Part shown: positions 8,881 through 17,459 of the stretch, one piece after another
Layout: each line of letters begins with the position of its first letter
Numbering within the stretch: the stretch's first letter is position 1
Assembly (NCBI GenBank): GCA_963662315.1
Contig: OY759353.1
Span: forward strand, 608,001 to 672,000
Direction: 5' to 3'
DNA from: Geopsychrobacteraceae bacterium
GTDB lineage: Bacteria; Desulfobacterota; Desulfuromonadia; Desulfuromonadales; Geopsychrobacteraceae
DNA length: 64,000 nucleotides
Notes under the pieces: model-generated
Told to the model about the DNA's origin: nothing
What the model saw: only the letters and a program-made list of their open reading frames with translations
Databases searched by the model: none
Program-made: the position numbers and the translations under genes

Positions 8881-9293
8881 TTGTTTTAAATAAACTTGAA
8901 ACATTAAGGCGTTGTTTGCAGCGTATCAGAGAGAAAGTGCCTGCAGATAGCGCTTTACTCATGGACGATTATGATTTGCAGGATATTATTACTGTTAATC
9001 TTGAACGTGCTGTACAAGCGACTGTGGACATCGCGGCTCATTTACTCTCTCGCCTTGATGTAACTCCTCCGGCAACGATGGCAGAAAGTTTTGATAAGCT
9101 ATGTCAGGTTGGGGTTATTGATACGAACATTTTTGAACGTATGACGAAAGCGGTTGGTTTCAGAAATATTGCAGTGCATGAATATCAGAAAATTGACTGG
9201 CTTATTGTTTATAAGATTGCTACTGACCATCTGATCGATTTTGAAGATTATGCGCGGCAGGTGAAAACGTGGGTTGATCAAACAAATCGTTAA
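8868..9293 (+). CDS. hepT: HEPN (DUF86) RNase toxin (type VII TA)
   Basis: LERAVQATVDIA, GFRNIAVHEY (R-x4-H-x-Y). Confidence 0.9.
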   Translation: MAPMIVLNKLETLRRCLQRIREKVPADSALLMDDYDLQDIITVNLERAVQATVDIAAHLLSRLDVTPPATMAESFDKLCQVGVIDTNIFERMTKAVGFRNIAVHEYQKIDWLIVYKIATDHLIDFEDYARQVKTWVDQTNR

Positions 9294-9295
9294 TC

Positions 9296-9484
9296 AGCCA
9301 CGGATTAACACTGATTGGCACTGATGAAAAGACTGAGAGCTTGTCTCTCGCGGAGATCACAAAGTGCGCAGCGCTTGGCAAATACATTCTTTATAGAGTT
9401 TTCTTAGCGCCTCCGCGTTCTTGAGAGAGCAAAGCGAACAAGTGAGAGACAGTTCATATCAGTGCAATTCCGTGCCCCGTGGCT
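9296..9484 (+). repeat. Intergenic element copy D (outer plus inner arms)
   Basis: Outer left AGCCACGGATTAACACTGATTGGCACTGAT 9296-9325. Inner left 9345-9373, inner right 9403-9448. Outer right ATCAGTGCAATTCCGTGCCCCGTGGCT 9458-9484. Confidence 0.88.
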
Positions 9485-9517
9485 AAAAGATAATCCCTCA
9501 TTTCATGGTGACAACAC

Positions 9518-11569
9518 ATGTTCCCGATTATTCTCCACTGGTTATTAATTCTTATCGCGCCGATCACCGCGATTATCCTTTTTATCCGGCGAAAACCTTA
9601 CTCGGTTCCTACCCTGTTTTTAGTTGTGTCCATGTTGATTTTAACAGGGCAGGCCTTTTTGGATATTCAACTGCTGATCAGTAGCTCAGAACCGGGTTTG
9701 TGGTTGAAGTGGAGTTTGATCAGTGATGTCTTCTTGGCAGTTGTCCTTTATTATTACACAAAAACAATATTTCGCGATAATTCAAAGGTTTATCTTGGTT
9801 ATGGTTTTTGGGTGAGCATTGTTATAGCCCTAGGGCTTATCGGTTATGTATGTTCCGTTCCCCTGACGACACTGGTCTTTGCCCCGGATATACACGAGGA
9901 ACATCTCTATTTTCTAACCGATCATGGTTTTGCCGTCTATTTATTGGTCATGGTGTTTCTTGTTTTTGGGCTGGTACAACTGGAACGGACTTTTGCCGGC
10001 TTGCACGCTTTACAACGCTGGGAAATTAAATTAGAAGTCCTTGGCAGTGGCATGCTGTTGACTGCAAGTGCTTTGTATTACAGTCAAAGTCTTTTGTATC
10101 GGTCTATTGACCTGCGCTATTCGGGTTTCTGGAGTCTGGTTGTCTGCTGCGCTTTGGTTGTTACCTGTTACTCTCGCCTGTTCCGCTACGGTAATGGTCG
10201 TTTGGCCTTGGCACGGGGAATTGCTCACCGTTCCTTTGTCCTTTTGATTGTTGGTGGTTACCTGATAATTCTTGGGCTTGTTGGTGAAGGGTTACGTTAT
10301 TTCAACGTCGCCAATGCCAACTCGATTTTTTACGGCATTCTCGCCCTGGCCAGTCTTGTTCTTGCCACTTTATTTCTGTCAGAACGCTTGCGACGCAAGA
10401 TTAAGGTCATTCTGCATAAAAACTTTTACCAAAGTAAGTATGATTATCGCGAACTGTGGGAGCGCTTTGTTACGAAAATAGGGCAGGGGGACTCTCTTGC
10501 TGATTTGGAACGTGCCATTCTTGATCTGTTCTGCGAGCCTCTTGCCTGCAAAGGCGCCATTCTTTATCTCAAGGATACAGAAACCGGTAACTTTGCTTTT
10601 TCAGCTGCTTTCAATATGGCTAGGGACTGGCGACCATTTCCTGCCGATGATCCTTTAATCAAACTCCTGATGCAAAAGGACTGGTTGCTCAATCTGCGTG
10701 ATGAAGTTCCTGAATTAGAAGAATCTCTGCTACGTTCTCTGGTTGATGGGCATATATTTCTAATTGTTCCCATGTTTGTCGATGAGGAACTGGTCGGTTT
10801 TGTTCTGCTTGCCGAACAGATTAACCCAGAAGAGTTGACTTACGAAGATTATGATCTATTACGAATGCTGGCGCGCCAGTCTATTGCGACTTTGCAGGCA
10901 ATGCGTCTATCCGATCAATTGACCGCTTCCCGTGAGATGGCTGCCATTGGCAAGGTCTCAACGTTTGTTCTGCATGATTTGAAGAATCAGGTGTCGGGTT
11001 TGTCGCTACTGCTGGAAAATGCACGTGATTATATTTCGGACCCCGATTTTCAGGAGGACATGCTTGAAACGGTTGAAAACACCGTAACCAACATGAAAGG
11101 ACTGATCACCCGCCTTAAAAATCTCAAGGAAAAACCAGCTCTGGCCATTACCAAAATTGATCTTAATCAGGTCGTCAGGGACGCTATTGCTACCGCATCG
11201 GGACGTATTGAGTTTGTTGCTGAAGAACAATTGCTAGCTGTTGCTGGTGATGAAGAAGAAATCTATAAAGTGGTGCTTAATCTGCTGGTTAACGCTTTAG
11301 AAGCTGGGCCCCATCAACTGGTACGGGTGAAAAGCCATTGTCATGATGGTATGGCCTTGGTGGCCGTGATTGATCAGGGGTGTGGCATGTCTCGAAATTT
11401 TATTGAGTCAAAATTGTTTAAACCGTTTGAAACAACCAAAAAGCATGGTTTCGGGATTGGTTTATACCAGTGCCGGCAAATTATTGAAACACATAATGGG
11501 GCTATTGATGTTGAAAGTACCGAAGGTGAAGGGACAACTTTTACTTTGCGGCTGCCATTGGCTGAATAA
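9518..11569 (+). CDS. prsK: PEP-CTERM system histidine kinase PrsK
   Basis: Multi-TM N-terminus, KNFYQSKYDYRELW, GAF-like region, FVLHDLKN H-box, N/G1/F/G2 boxes. Confidence 0.92.
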   Translation: MFPIILHWLLILIAPITAIILFIRRKPYSVPTLFLVVSMLILTGQAFLDIQLLISSSEPGLWLKWSLISDVFLAVVLYYYTKTIFRDNSKVYLGYGFWVSIVIALGLIGYVCSVPLTTLVFAPDIHEEHLYFLTDHGFAVYLLVMVFLVFGLVQLERTFAGLHALQRWEIKLEVLGSGMLLTASALYYSQSLLYRSIDLRYSGFWSLVVCCALVVTCYSRLFRYGNGRLALARGIAHRSFVLLIVGGYLIILGLVGEGLRYFNVANANSIFYGILALASLVLATLFLSERLRRKIKVILHKNFYQSKYDYRELWERFVTKIGQGDSLADLERAILDLFCEPLACKGAILYLKDTETGNFAFSAAFNMARDWRPFPADDPLIKLLMQKDWLLNLRDEVPELEESLLRSLVDGHIFLIVPMFVDEELVGFVLLAEQINPEELTYEDYDLLRMLARQSIATLQAMRLSDQLTASREMAAIGKVSTFVLHDLKNQVSGLSLLLENARDYISDPDFQEDMLETVENTVTNMKGLITRLKNLKEKPALAITKIDLNQVVRDAIATASGRIEFVAEEQLLAVAGDEEEIYKVVLNLLVNALEAGPHQLVRVKSHCHDGMALVAVIDQGCGMSRNFIESKLFKPFETTKKHGFGIGLYQCRQIIETHNGAIDVESTEGEGTTFTLRLPLAE

Positions 11570-11576
11570 GTCTTTT

Positions 11577-11750
11577 AGCCACAGATTGACACTGATAAAA
11601 TTCTATTTTTTGTTTCTCGCTAAAATCGTAAAGTTCACAGAGAAATAAATGATAATTTGGCTTGGCGTTCTTTGCGGGCATGAGAGAACGAGGCGAAGGG
11701 GCGTGAACGATTGGTTTTCTATCTGTGATAATCTGTGTTAATCTGTGGCT
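11577..11750 (+). repeat. Intergenic element copy E (outer plus inner arms)
   Basis: Outer left AGCCACAGATTGACACTGAT 11577-11596. Inner left 11614-11642, inner right 11661-11707. Outer right ATCTGTGATA-ATCTGTGTTA-ATCTGTGGCT 11721-11750. Confidence 0.88.
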
Positions 11751-11800
11751 TTGAAAGCATAATTTAATTAATCATACTGGATTGCTCGGGGGCGTTGGCT

Positions 11801-13222
11801 TTGGAAAAGCTACTAATTATTGATGACAGCAGTGAAATCAGGAAACAGCTGAAGTGGGGACTGGCTAAAGATTATCTGGTCCTGCTTGCTGAATCCGTTG
11901 ATGAAGCAATTAAGTTGTTTGATAAGCACGCACCAGCCGTCGTTACCCTTGACCTGGGTCTGCCTCCTGATATTGATGGGGCGAGCGAAGGTTTGCGCTG
12001 CCTTGAACTACTTTTAAATAAGCGGCCAGAAACAAAAATCATTGTTCTTTCCGGCAATGAAGATCATGCCAATGCTTTGGCCGCTGTTGATCTTGGCGCG
12101 TATGATTTTTACCATAAACCAATCGATCTTGCAGAGCTGAAGATCATTCTTGGCCGAGCTTTTCATGTCGCCGCACTGGAGCGTGAAAACTTTCAATTAA
12201 AAGCCGAATCAACCCGGGATAATAAGGCTTTCAGCGGTATTTTTGGACAATGCCCACAGATGCTTAAAGTCTTTGATACGATTAAGAAGGTGACATCTGT
12301 TAATGTTCCGGTTCTGATTTTGGGAGAAAGCGGCACCGGGAAAGAGGTTGTTGCCCAGGCCATACATCAGCAAGGGATTCGTAAAGGGCATAATTTTATT
12401 GCCATCAACTGTGGTGCTATTCCGGAAAACCTGCTTGAGTCAGAGCTGTTCGGACATGAAAAAGGTGCGTTTACCGGCGCTCAAAATCGTGTGCAGGGTA
12501 AGGTTGAGTACGCTGATAAGGGTACGTTGTTCCTGGACGAAATTGGTGAAATGCCAGCCCTGTTGCAGGTTAAGTTGCTGCGTTTTCTGCAAGAGAAGGT
12601 TCTGCAGCGGGTCGGGGGCCGTGAGAATATCGCTGTTGACACACGGATTATTGCCGCGACCAATATTGATATCGAAAAGTCAATTAAAGATGGCCGCTTC
12701 CGAGAAGATCTTTATTACCGCATTGGTGTGATTACCATTGATCTTCCACCATTACGGGAACGGGGCGGCGACATCGAATTGCTTGGCAATGTGTTTGTGC
12801 AACGCTTTTCTCAAGAATTTGGTAAGAAAATTCGTGGGTTCAGTCTGGAATCATTGCAGTACATGAAAGATTATGATTGGCCTGGCAACGTTCGTGAACT
12901 TGAGAACAAAGTAAAGCGTGCCATTGTTATGGCTGAAACTCCCATCATTGAAGCGTGGGATTTGGGGTTTGCTGAACGTATGGAAGCTGTTCCTGGGGCT
13001 AATGATAAGGAAAACAGCAGGGCCAGTTTGATGTTCACGGATACTGTGGTCGATGAGAACCTGACATTGAAAGAGGCCCGTTACCACGTCGAGCATCGAC
13101 TCCTTCAAGCGACTCTTGAAAGAACGCAGGGTAATGTGCAGAAGGCAGCTGAACAGCTGGCTGTTAGTCGTCCAACCATGTATGATTTGATGAAAAAGCA
13201 CGGATTGCAGGTTTCAGAATAG
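11801..13222 (+). CDS. prsR: Sigma-54-dependent response regulator PrsR
   Basis: Receiver (VVTLDLGLPP), AAA+ (GESGTGKE, GAFTGA, FLDEIG), C-terminal Fis HTH. TTG start at 11801 (alternative 11795). Confidence 0.93.
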   Translation: MEKLLIIDDSSEIRKQLKWGLAKDYLVLLAESVDEAIKLFDKHAPAVVTLDLGLPPDIDGASEGLRCLELLLNKRPETKIIVLSGNEDHANALAAVDLGAYDFYHKPIDLAELKIILGRAFHVAALERENFQLKAESTRDNKAFSGIFGQCPQMLKVFDTIKKVTSVNVPVLILGESGTGKEVVAQAIHQQGIRKGHNFIAINCGAIPENLLESELFGHEKGAFTGAQNRVQGKVEYADKGTLFLDEIGEMPALLQVKLLRFLQEKVLQRVGGRENIAVDTRIIAATNIDIEKSIKDGRFREDLYYRIGVITIDLPPLRERGGDIELLGNVFVQRFSQEFGKKIRGFSLESLQYMKDYDWPGNVRELENKVKRAIVMAETPIIEAWDLGFAERMEAVPGANDKENSRASLMFTDTVVDENLTLKEARYHVEHRLLQATLERTQGNVQKAAEQLAVSRPTMYDLMKKHGLQVSE

Positions 13223-13345
13223 GCAATTTCCGTCCGACAATGCCTCTGGTTTACATTCTCTCAGTCAATCTGAGGCTGAAGTGAGGCACGATGTTTCCTC
13301 CACGGGTATTTTACCCTTGGTCATGTGATTCGTTCAGGGTCTCTC

Positions 13346-14218
13346 TTATTCAGCAGTGGTGAAACTATAAACTTCGCTTTGATACTCCAGGGTCGTGTTG
13401 ACTTCGTCTACAGCGACGACTTTCCAGTAATAGGTTGTTCCACTGTTTAACTCGGATGTCTGATAGGTTGTTGCTGTGCCCATATCTACAGAGGTCAGCG
13501 GGACTGAAATCGTGCCGGTAACCGAGGTGTCAACCGGTGTTGTACTGTTTCCAGAGCCGGATGATCCACCAGTACAAGCCGCTAAAATTGTTCCAAAGAA
13601 GATTGCGGTATAAACCAGGCGAACTTTACGCAAAGCTGAAACTTGCACGAATATTATGGCGCCCGTCATGATCAGCGCAACCTTCATAAGTGGCGATATT
13701 GGCAACGGGTTGGGATTGGAATCCTTTGGTGGATTTTTGCTGATTGGCGGAATAAATTTTGCGCTGGTGACGCTGCTTTTATCTGTGCCGTAAAATAGGA
13801 TGTAAGTTGCATCATATTCAGCTGGTGCGGTTTCCCATGAAAAGAAAAAAGGTGTCGAGACCTGAGAATCAAGATTCGCGGGCTCGTACAGGGTTGGAAC
13901 CCATCCGCTACTGACAATATTGGAGTAGGTACTTTCATTTCCCTCACTGTCGTAGGCTGTTACCGAGAAGTAATAAATGCCATCGTCAGCAAGTCCGTGA
14001 ACTGTAGTGCTCAGGTTGTCTTGAACATCAATGGGAGATTGCCCGTCGCTCGATTCATATCCGTCGAGGGGAAGGGTGTTAATGTTTTTCTGGCTGTAAT
14101 AGACTTTGTAGCCACGGATATTATCAGACGGGCTGGGGTCCCAAGTTAGATTAACCTCTTGAGCCAAAACCGGGCATACAAGGATAAATTGTAGAAACAG
14201 AATTATGATCTTAATCAT
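13346..14218 (-). CDS. Secreted fibronectin type III protein with internal TM segments and lipobox
   Basis: Signal peptide. FN3 motifs LTWDP...GYKVYY...GL...YYFSVTAYD..GNES. Second FN3 end L.SGTTYYWKVVAVD. Internal LAAC. Confidence 0.8.
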   Translation of the reverse strand: MIKIIILFLQFILVCPVLAQEVNLTWDPSPSDNIRGYKVYYSQKNINTLPLDGYESSDGQSPIDVQDNLSTTVHGLADDGIYYFSVTAYDSEGNESTYSNIVSSGWVPTLYEPANLDSQVSTPFFFSWETAPAEYDATYILFYGTDKSSVTSAKFIPPISKNPPKDSNPNPLPISPLMKVALIMTGAIIFVQVSALRKVRLVYTAIFFGTILAACTGGSSGSGNSTTPVDTSVTGTISVPLTSVDMGTATTYQTSELNSGTTYYWKVVAVDEVNTTLEYQSEVYSFTTAE

Positions 14219-14404
14219 TGTGGCAGACTTTTCATTTGAAAAAAAATTAAATAAAAAAGTTTTACTTATTCTAAAAACCCTGAGCTTTATATCATACTTT
14301 TAAAATCAATGTAAAGTTGCTAAGTCCATGCTCTGCTAGCTTTATTCATGTTGTTTTTTGTTTAGTAGGTTCGCTTATTTACAGTAACATTACATCATCT
14401 TTTT

Positions 14405-15097
14405 ATGGAGATGCCGATTGTGTCTTTCTACAATATTATTCATCAGTGTCATCTTTTCTCTGGCTTAACTGAAGCGGATGCGAAGTTACTTGCAGGGGTG
14501 GTTAAGCGGCGTAGCTGTGAACGTGGAGAAGTTCTTTTTGAAGAAGGGGAGAGCGCCTCAGGTTTTTACGTAGTTGTTTCAGGCAAGGTTAAAGTTTTCA
14601 AGCTTTCTCCTGATGGGAAGGAAAGGATACTTCATGTCGTCTTGCCTGGGCAGAGTTTTGCTGATGCTGCTATTTTTGCTGATGGTTGTTTTCCTGCTTT
14701 TGGCGAAACGTTGACTGCTTCTGAGCTTTTGTTTTTTCCCAAATATGAATTTCTTAAGCTTTTACATGAGCATTCTCAGCTGGCAATTAATATGATTGCC
14801 GGCCTGTCTAAATATTTAAGACAGTTCACAGTTCAGATTGAAGATCTGACTTTCCGTGATGTCCCGGCCCGTTTAGCCAGGTTCCTAATTAGTCTTGGAG
14901 GCGATAGTAAGAAATGTCTGCAATTGCCATTTTCCAAGGCTCAGCTCGCGTCCAATCTGGGAACAACGAGTGAGACCTTATCAAGGACCTTTCGTAAGCT
15001 TGCAGATGAAAATATTGTTAATGTCTCAGGAAAGACAGTTGAGGTGCTTGATGCTGATCGCTTGTACGATATGGCAGAGCTGGGGATGGATGACTAG
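14405..15097 (+). CDS. Crp/Fnr-family regulator (HcpR/Dnr-like)
   Basis: cNMP-binding fold (LFEEGE..SGFYVVVSGKVKV), C-terminal HTH LASNLGTTSETLSR. No N-terminal FNR Cys cluster. Start could be GTG 14420. Confidence 0.9.
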   Translation: MEMPIVSFYNIIHQCHLFSGLTEADAKLLAGVVKRRSCERGEVLFEEGESASGFYVVVSGKVKVFKLSPDGKERILHVVLPGQSFADAAIFADGCFPAFGETLTASELLFFPKYEFLKLLHEHSQLAINMIAGLSKYLRQFTVQIEDLTFRDVPARLARFLISLGGDSKKCLQLPFSKAQLASNLGTTSETLSRTFRKLADENIVNVSGKTVEVLDADRLYDMAELGMDD

Positions 15098-15197
15098 GTT
15101 TTGGTGGAAAGGGATGGTCAATATTCGCAGGGTCTTATCCCTGCGGGCGAGCTGTGATCTGCCGATCTTGACTTTGAGGATTTATTGATGATTTTAT

Positions 15198-15211
15198 TTG
15201 ACCTGCATCAA
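15198..15211. promoter_or_regulatory. FNR/Dnr/HcpR-type box
   Basis: TTGAC-CTGC-ATCAA, 35 nt upstream of the ygbA-like ATG and next to a Crp/Fnr gene. Confidence 0.65.
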
Positions 15212-15246
15212 TGTTTTTATTTCGTAGTTATGTTTTGATCTTTTTC

Positions 15247-15609
15247 ATGGATAATACTTCATCTAATCATTTAAAATTAGCTCGTAAACAGCGGAAAGAT
15301 ATAAAAATACTATCTTCGTTTACTTTTTTATATTGTCGTGACCACCATCCTGAGAAAATTAAAAAATCTCTAGGTGTAACGATCCTGAAGTCCAGGTATC
15401 TATATTGTGACGATTGCCGCGATTTTCTTCAATATGCCATTGGCAGGCGCTTGCACTGCCCCTTGCCCGACAAGTCATCTTGCAAGCATTGCCATATTCA
15501 CTGTTATCGCCCTGGTCACCGTGACAAGGTTAAAGAGATTATGCGCTATTCCGGGAAAAAACTTGTATTCAGGGGGCGTATAGATTTGTTGTTTCACTAT
15601 CTGTTCTGA
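15247..15609 (+). CDS. ygbA: YgbA-family (NO-stress-induced) Cys-rich protein
   Basis: YCRDHH, CDDC..FLQYA..R..HCP...K..CKHC.IHCY.P..R..V..IMRYSG. Confidence 0.8.
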   Translation: MDNTSSNHLKLARKQRKDIKILSSFTFLYCRDHHPEKIKKSLGVTILKSRYLYCDDCRDFLQYAIGRRLHCPLPDKSSCKHCHIHCYRPGHRDKVKEIMRYSGKKLVFRGRIDLLFHYLF

Positions 15610-15805
15610 TGCAGAGACCCTTAAATGCTTAAAATTTGCAAACTATTTTATGTAAATTGCTAATATAACTATTTATATCTTGAGGATGTCGGCAGTTCCT
15701 GCTAGTCTTATTTAATGTGAGTCTTATTATTATAATCTTTCAGTTAATCATTAGCATTAATTTTTCAGACCTCAGATTCAAGTCAGTACAAAAAGGAGAC
15801 ATTGA

Positions 15806-16477
15806 ATGCAGATTCTCGTTGTAGAAGATGAAAAGAAAGTTGCCAGTTTTATTCAACGGGGGCTAGAAGAGGAAGGGTTTACTGTCGATGTTGCATACGA
15901 TGGCGAAGAGGGGGTCTCGAAAGCTACCGCTAAAACATATGATTTAATTCTGATGGACGTCATGCTACCTAAAAAAGATGGTCTCGCAGCTATTAAGGAT
16001 CTTCGTTCTCAAAAAGTTACCACGCCGGTTTTGTGCTTGACTGCACGCGATTCGGTTGATGACAAAGTTAGTGGACTTGATACCGGCGCTGATGACTATC
16101 TTGCGAAGCCTTTCGCTTTTGCTGAACTGGTAGCGCGTTGCCGCGCTTTGATCCGCCGTGGATCAAAAGACCGCGGAGCAGAGATTTTCTTTGCTGATCT
16201 GCGGCTGGATCCGGTTGCTCATAAGGTCTGGCGTGGCGACAGTGAAATTGATCTTACCTCCAAAGAGTACGCCCTTATGGAATACTTCATGCGTAACCCG
16301 AATCGGGTATTGACGCGTTCAATGATTGCGGAAAACGTTTGGGATTATACCTTTGATTCCTTTACCAATATTATCGACGTTTATGTCAATTACCTGCGAA
16401 ATAAGGTCGACAGAAATTACGATCTGAAACTGATCCACACGGTACGTGGTCAAGGGTATATGTTGAAAGAATCATAA
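15806..16477 (+). CDS. OmpR-family response regulator (CusR/CzcR-like)
   Basis: ILVVEDE, DVMLP, GADDYLAKPF, winged helix NIIDVYVNYLR.K...IHTVRG.GY. Confidence 0.92.
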   Translation: MQILVVEDEKKVASFIQRGLEEEGFTVDVAYDGEEGVSKATAKTYDLILMDVMLPKKDGLAAIKDLRSQKVTTPVLCLTARDSVDDKVSGLDTGADDYLAKPFAFAELVARCRALIRRGSKDRGAEIFFADLRLDPVAHKVWRGDSEIDLTSKEYALMEYFMRNPNRVLTRSMIAENVWDYTFDSFTNIIDVYVNYLRNKVDRNYDLKLIHTVRGQGYMLKES

Positions 16478-16500
16478 TTTTTTAAAATTGAAGGTTAAAC

Positions 16501-16529
16501 AAAAAAGGCAGTCGATGACTGCCTTTTTT
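16501..16529. terminator. Bidirectional intrinsic terminator
   Basis: AAAAAAGGCAGTC-GAT-GACTGCCTTTTTT between convergent genes. Confidence 0.85.
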
Positions 16530-16613
16530 GTCTTTTGCCTGTTTACCAGACCGCCCATGCTGCTTTGCAACTGACGGACGGAATCACATATCTCTACAAT
16601 ATGCTTGTATCGC

Positions 16614-17366
16614 CTAGCTGAAATTTATAATTCGCAAAAAGTCTGCAGCTTTCAGGCTGGCACCACCAACAAGCGCGCCATCAATATCATCCTGAGCCAT
16701 CAGACCATCGACATTGTCCGGTTTGACGCTCCCGCCATAGAGAATTCGAATTCCTTGGGCGATTTCCGGATTGAATAAACCCTGTACCAGCCCTCGTATA
16801 AAAGAATGCGCTTCCTGGGCTTGCTCATCTGACGCCGTTTTTCCGGTTCCGATGGCCCATACGGGTTCGTAGGCAATGACGATATCTTTCATCTGTTTTT
16901 CAGAGAGTCCTGCAAGCCCACCTTTAACCTGGGTGGTTAATACTTCCAACATGTCACCCGATTCACGTTCCTCAAGTGTTTCGCCGATACACAGAATCGG
17001 TTTAAGGCCGTTTTCGAGAATTTTGATAATTTTTGCGTTAATAAATTCATCAGTTTCAGCAAAGATTTGGCGTCTTTCTGAATGGCCGATAATGATGTAT
17101 TGACACCCGGCATCTTTCAGTAACTCTGGAGACACTTCGCCGGTATAAGCGCCGTTTGGTTGGGGATAGCAGTTTTGTGCTGCAACCTGAATTGAGGAGC
17201 CTGATACGTTTTCTGCTACAGAAGCTAATGCTGTATACACGGGGGCAATAACGATATCACGATCGCTAATTGTTCCTGCCTGTTCGGCAAGCTCGCGAGC
17301 TAATTCCTTTGCTTCCGCTATGGTTTTGTTAAGCTTCCAGTTTCCTGCAATGAGTGGCCTGCGCAT
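16614..17366 (-). CDS. tpiA: Triosephosphate isomerase
   Basis: IAGNWK, IGHSERR, AYEPVWAIGTG, YGGSV, LVGGASL. Confidence 0.98.
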   Translation of the reverse strand: MRRPLIAGNWKLNKTIAEAKELARELAEQAGTISDRDIVIAPVYTALASVAENVSGSSIQVAAQNCYPQPNGAYTGEVSPELLKDAGCQYIIIGHSERRQIFAETDEFINAKIIKILENGLKPILCIGETLEERESGDMLEVLTTQVKGGLAGLSEKQMKDIVIAYEPVWAIGTGKTASDEQAQEAHSFIRGLVQGLFNPEIAQGIRILYGGSVKPDNVDGLMAQDDIDGALVGGASLKAADFLRIINFS

Positions 17367-17459
17367 AGGAACGTCTCCTGAATATGGGTAGAAAGTGGGC
17401 TCCCTACAGAGCGCTGGTTACGGTTGGCTCTGTAGGGATGATTAGCTTAATGAGCCGAA

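Noticed and set aside
5912..11750. Intergenic elements as CRISPR repeats, classical attC sites or terminators
   Set aside because: Not a repeat-spacer array and no cas genes; no consistent RYYYAAC/GTTRRRY cores or integrase in the window; no U-tracts after the stems.
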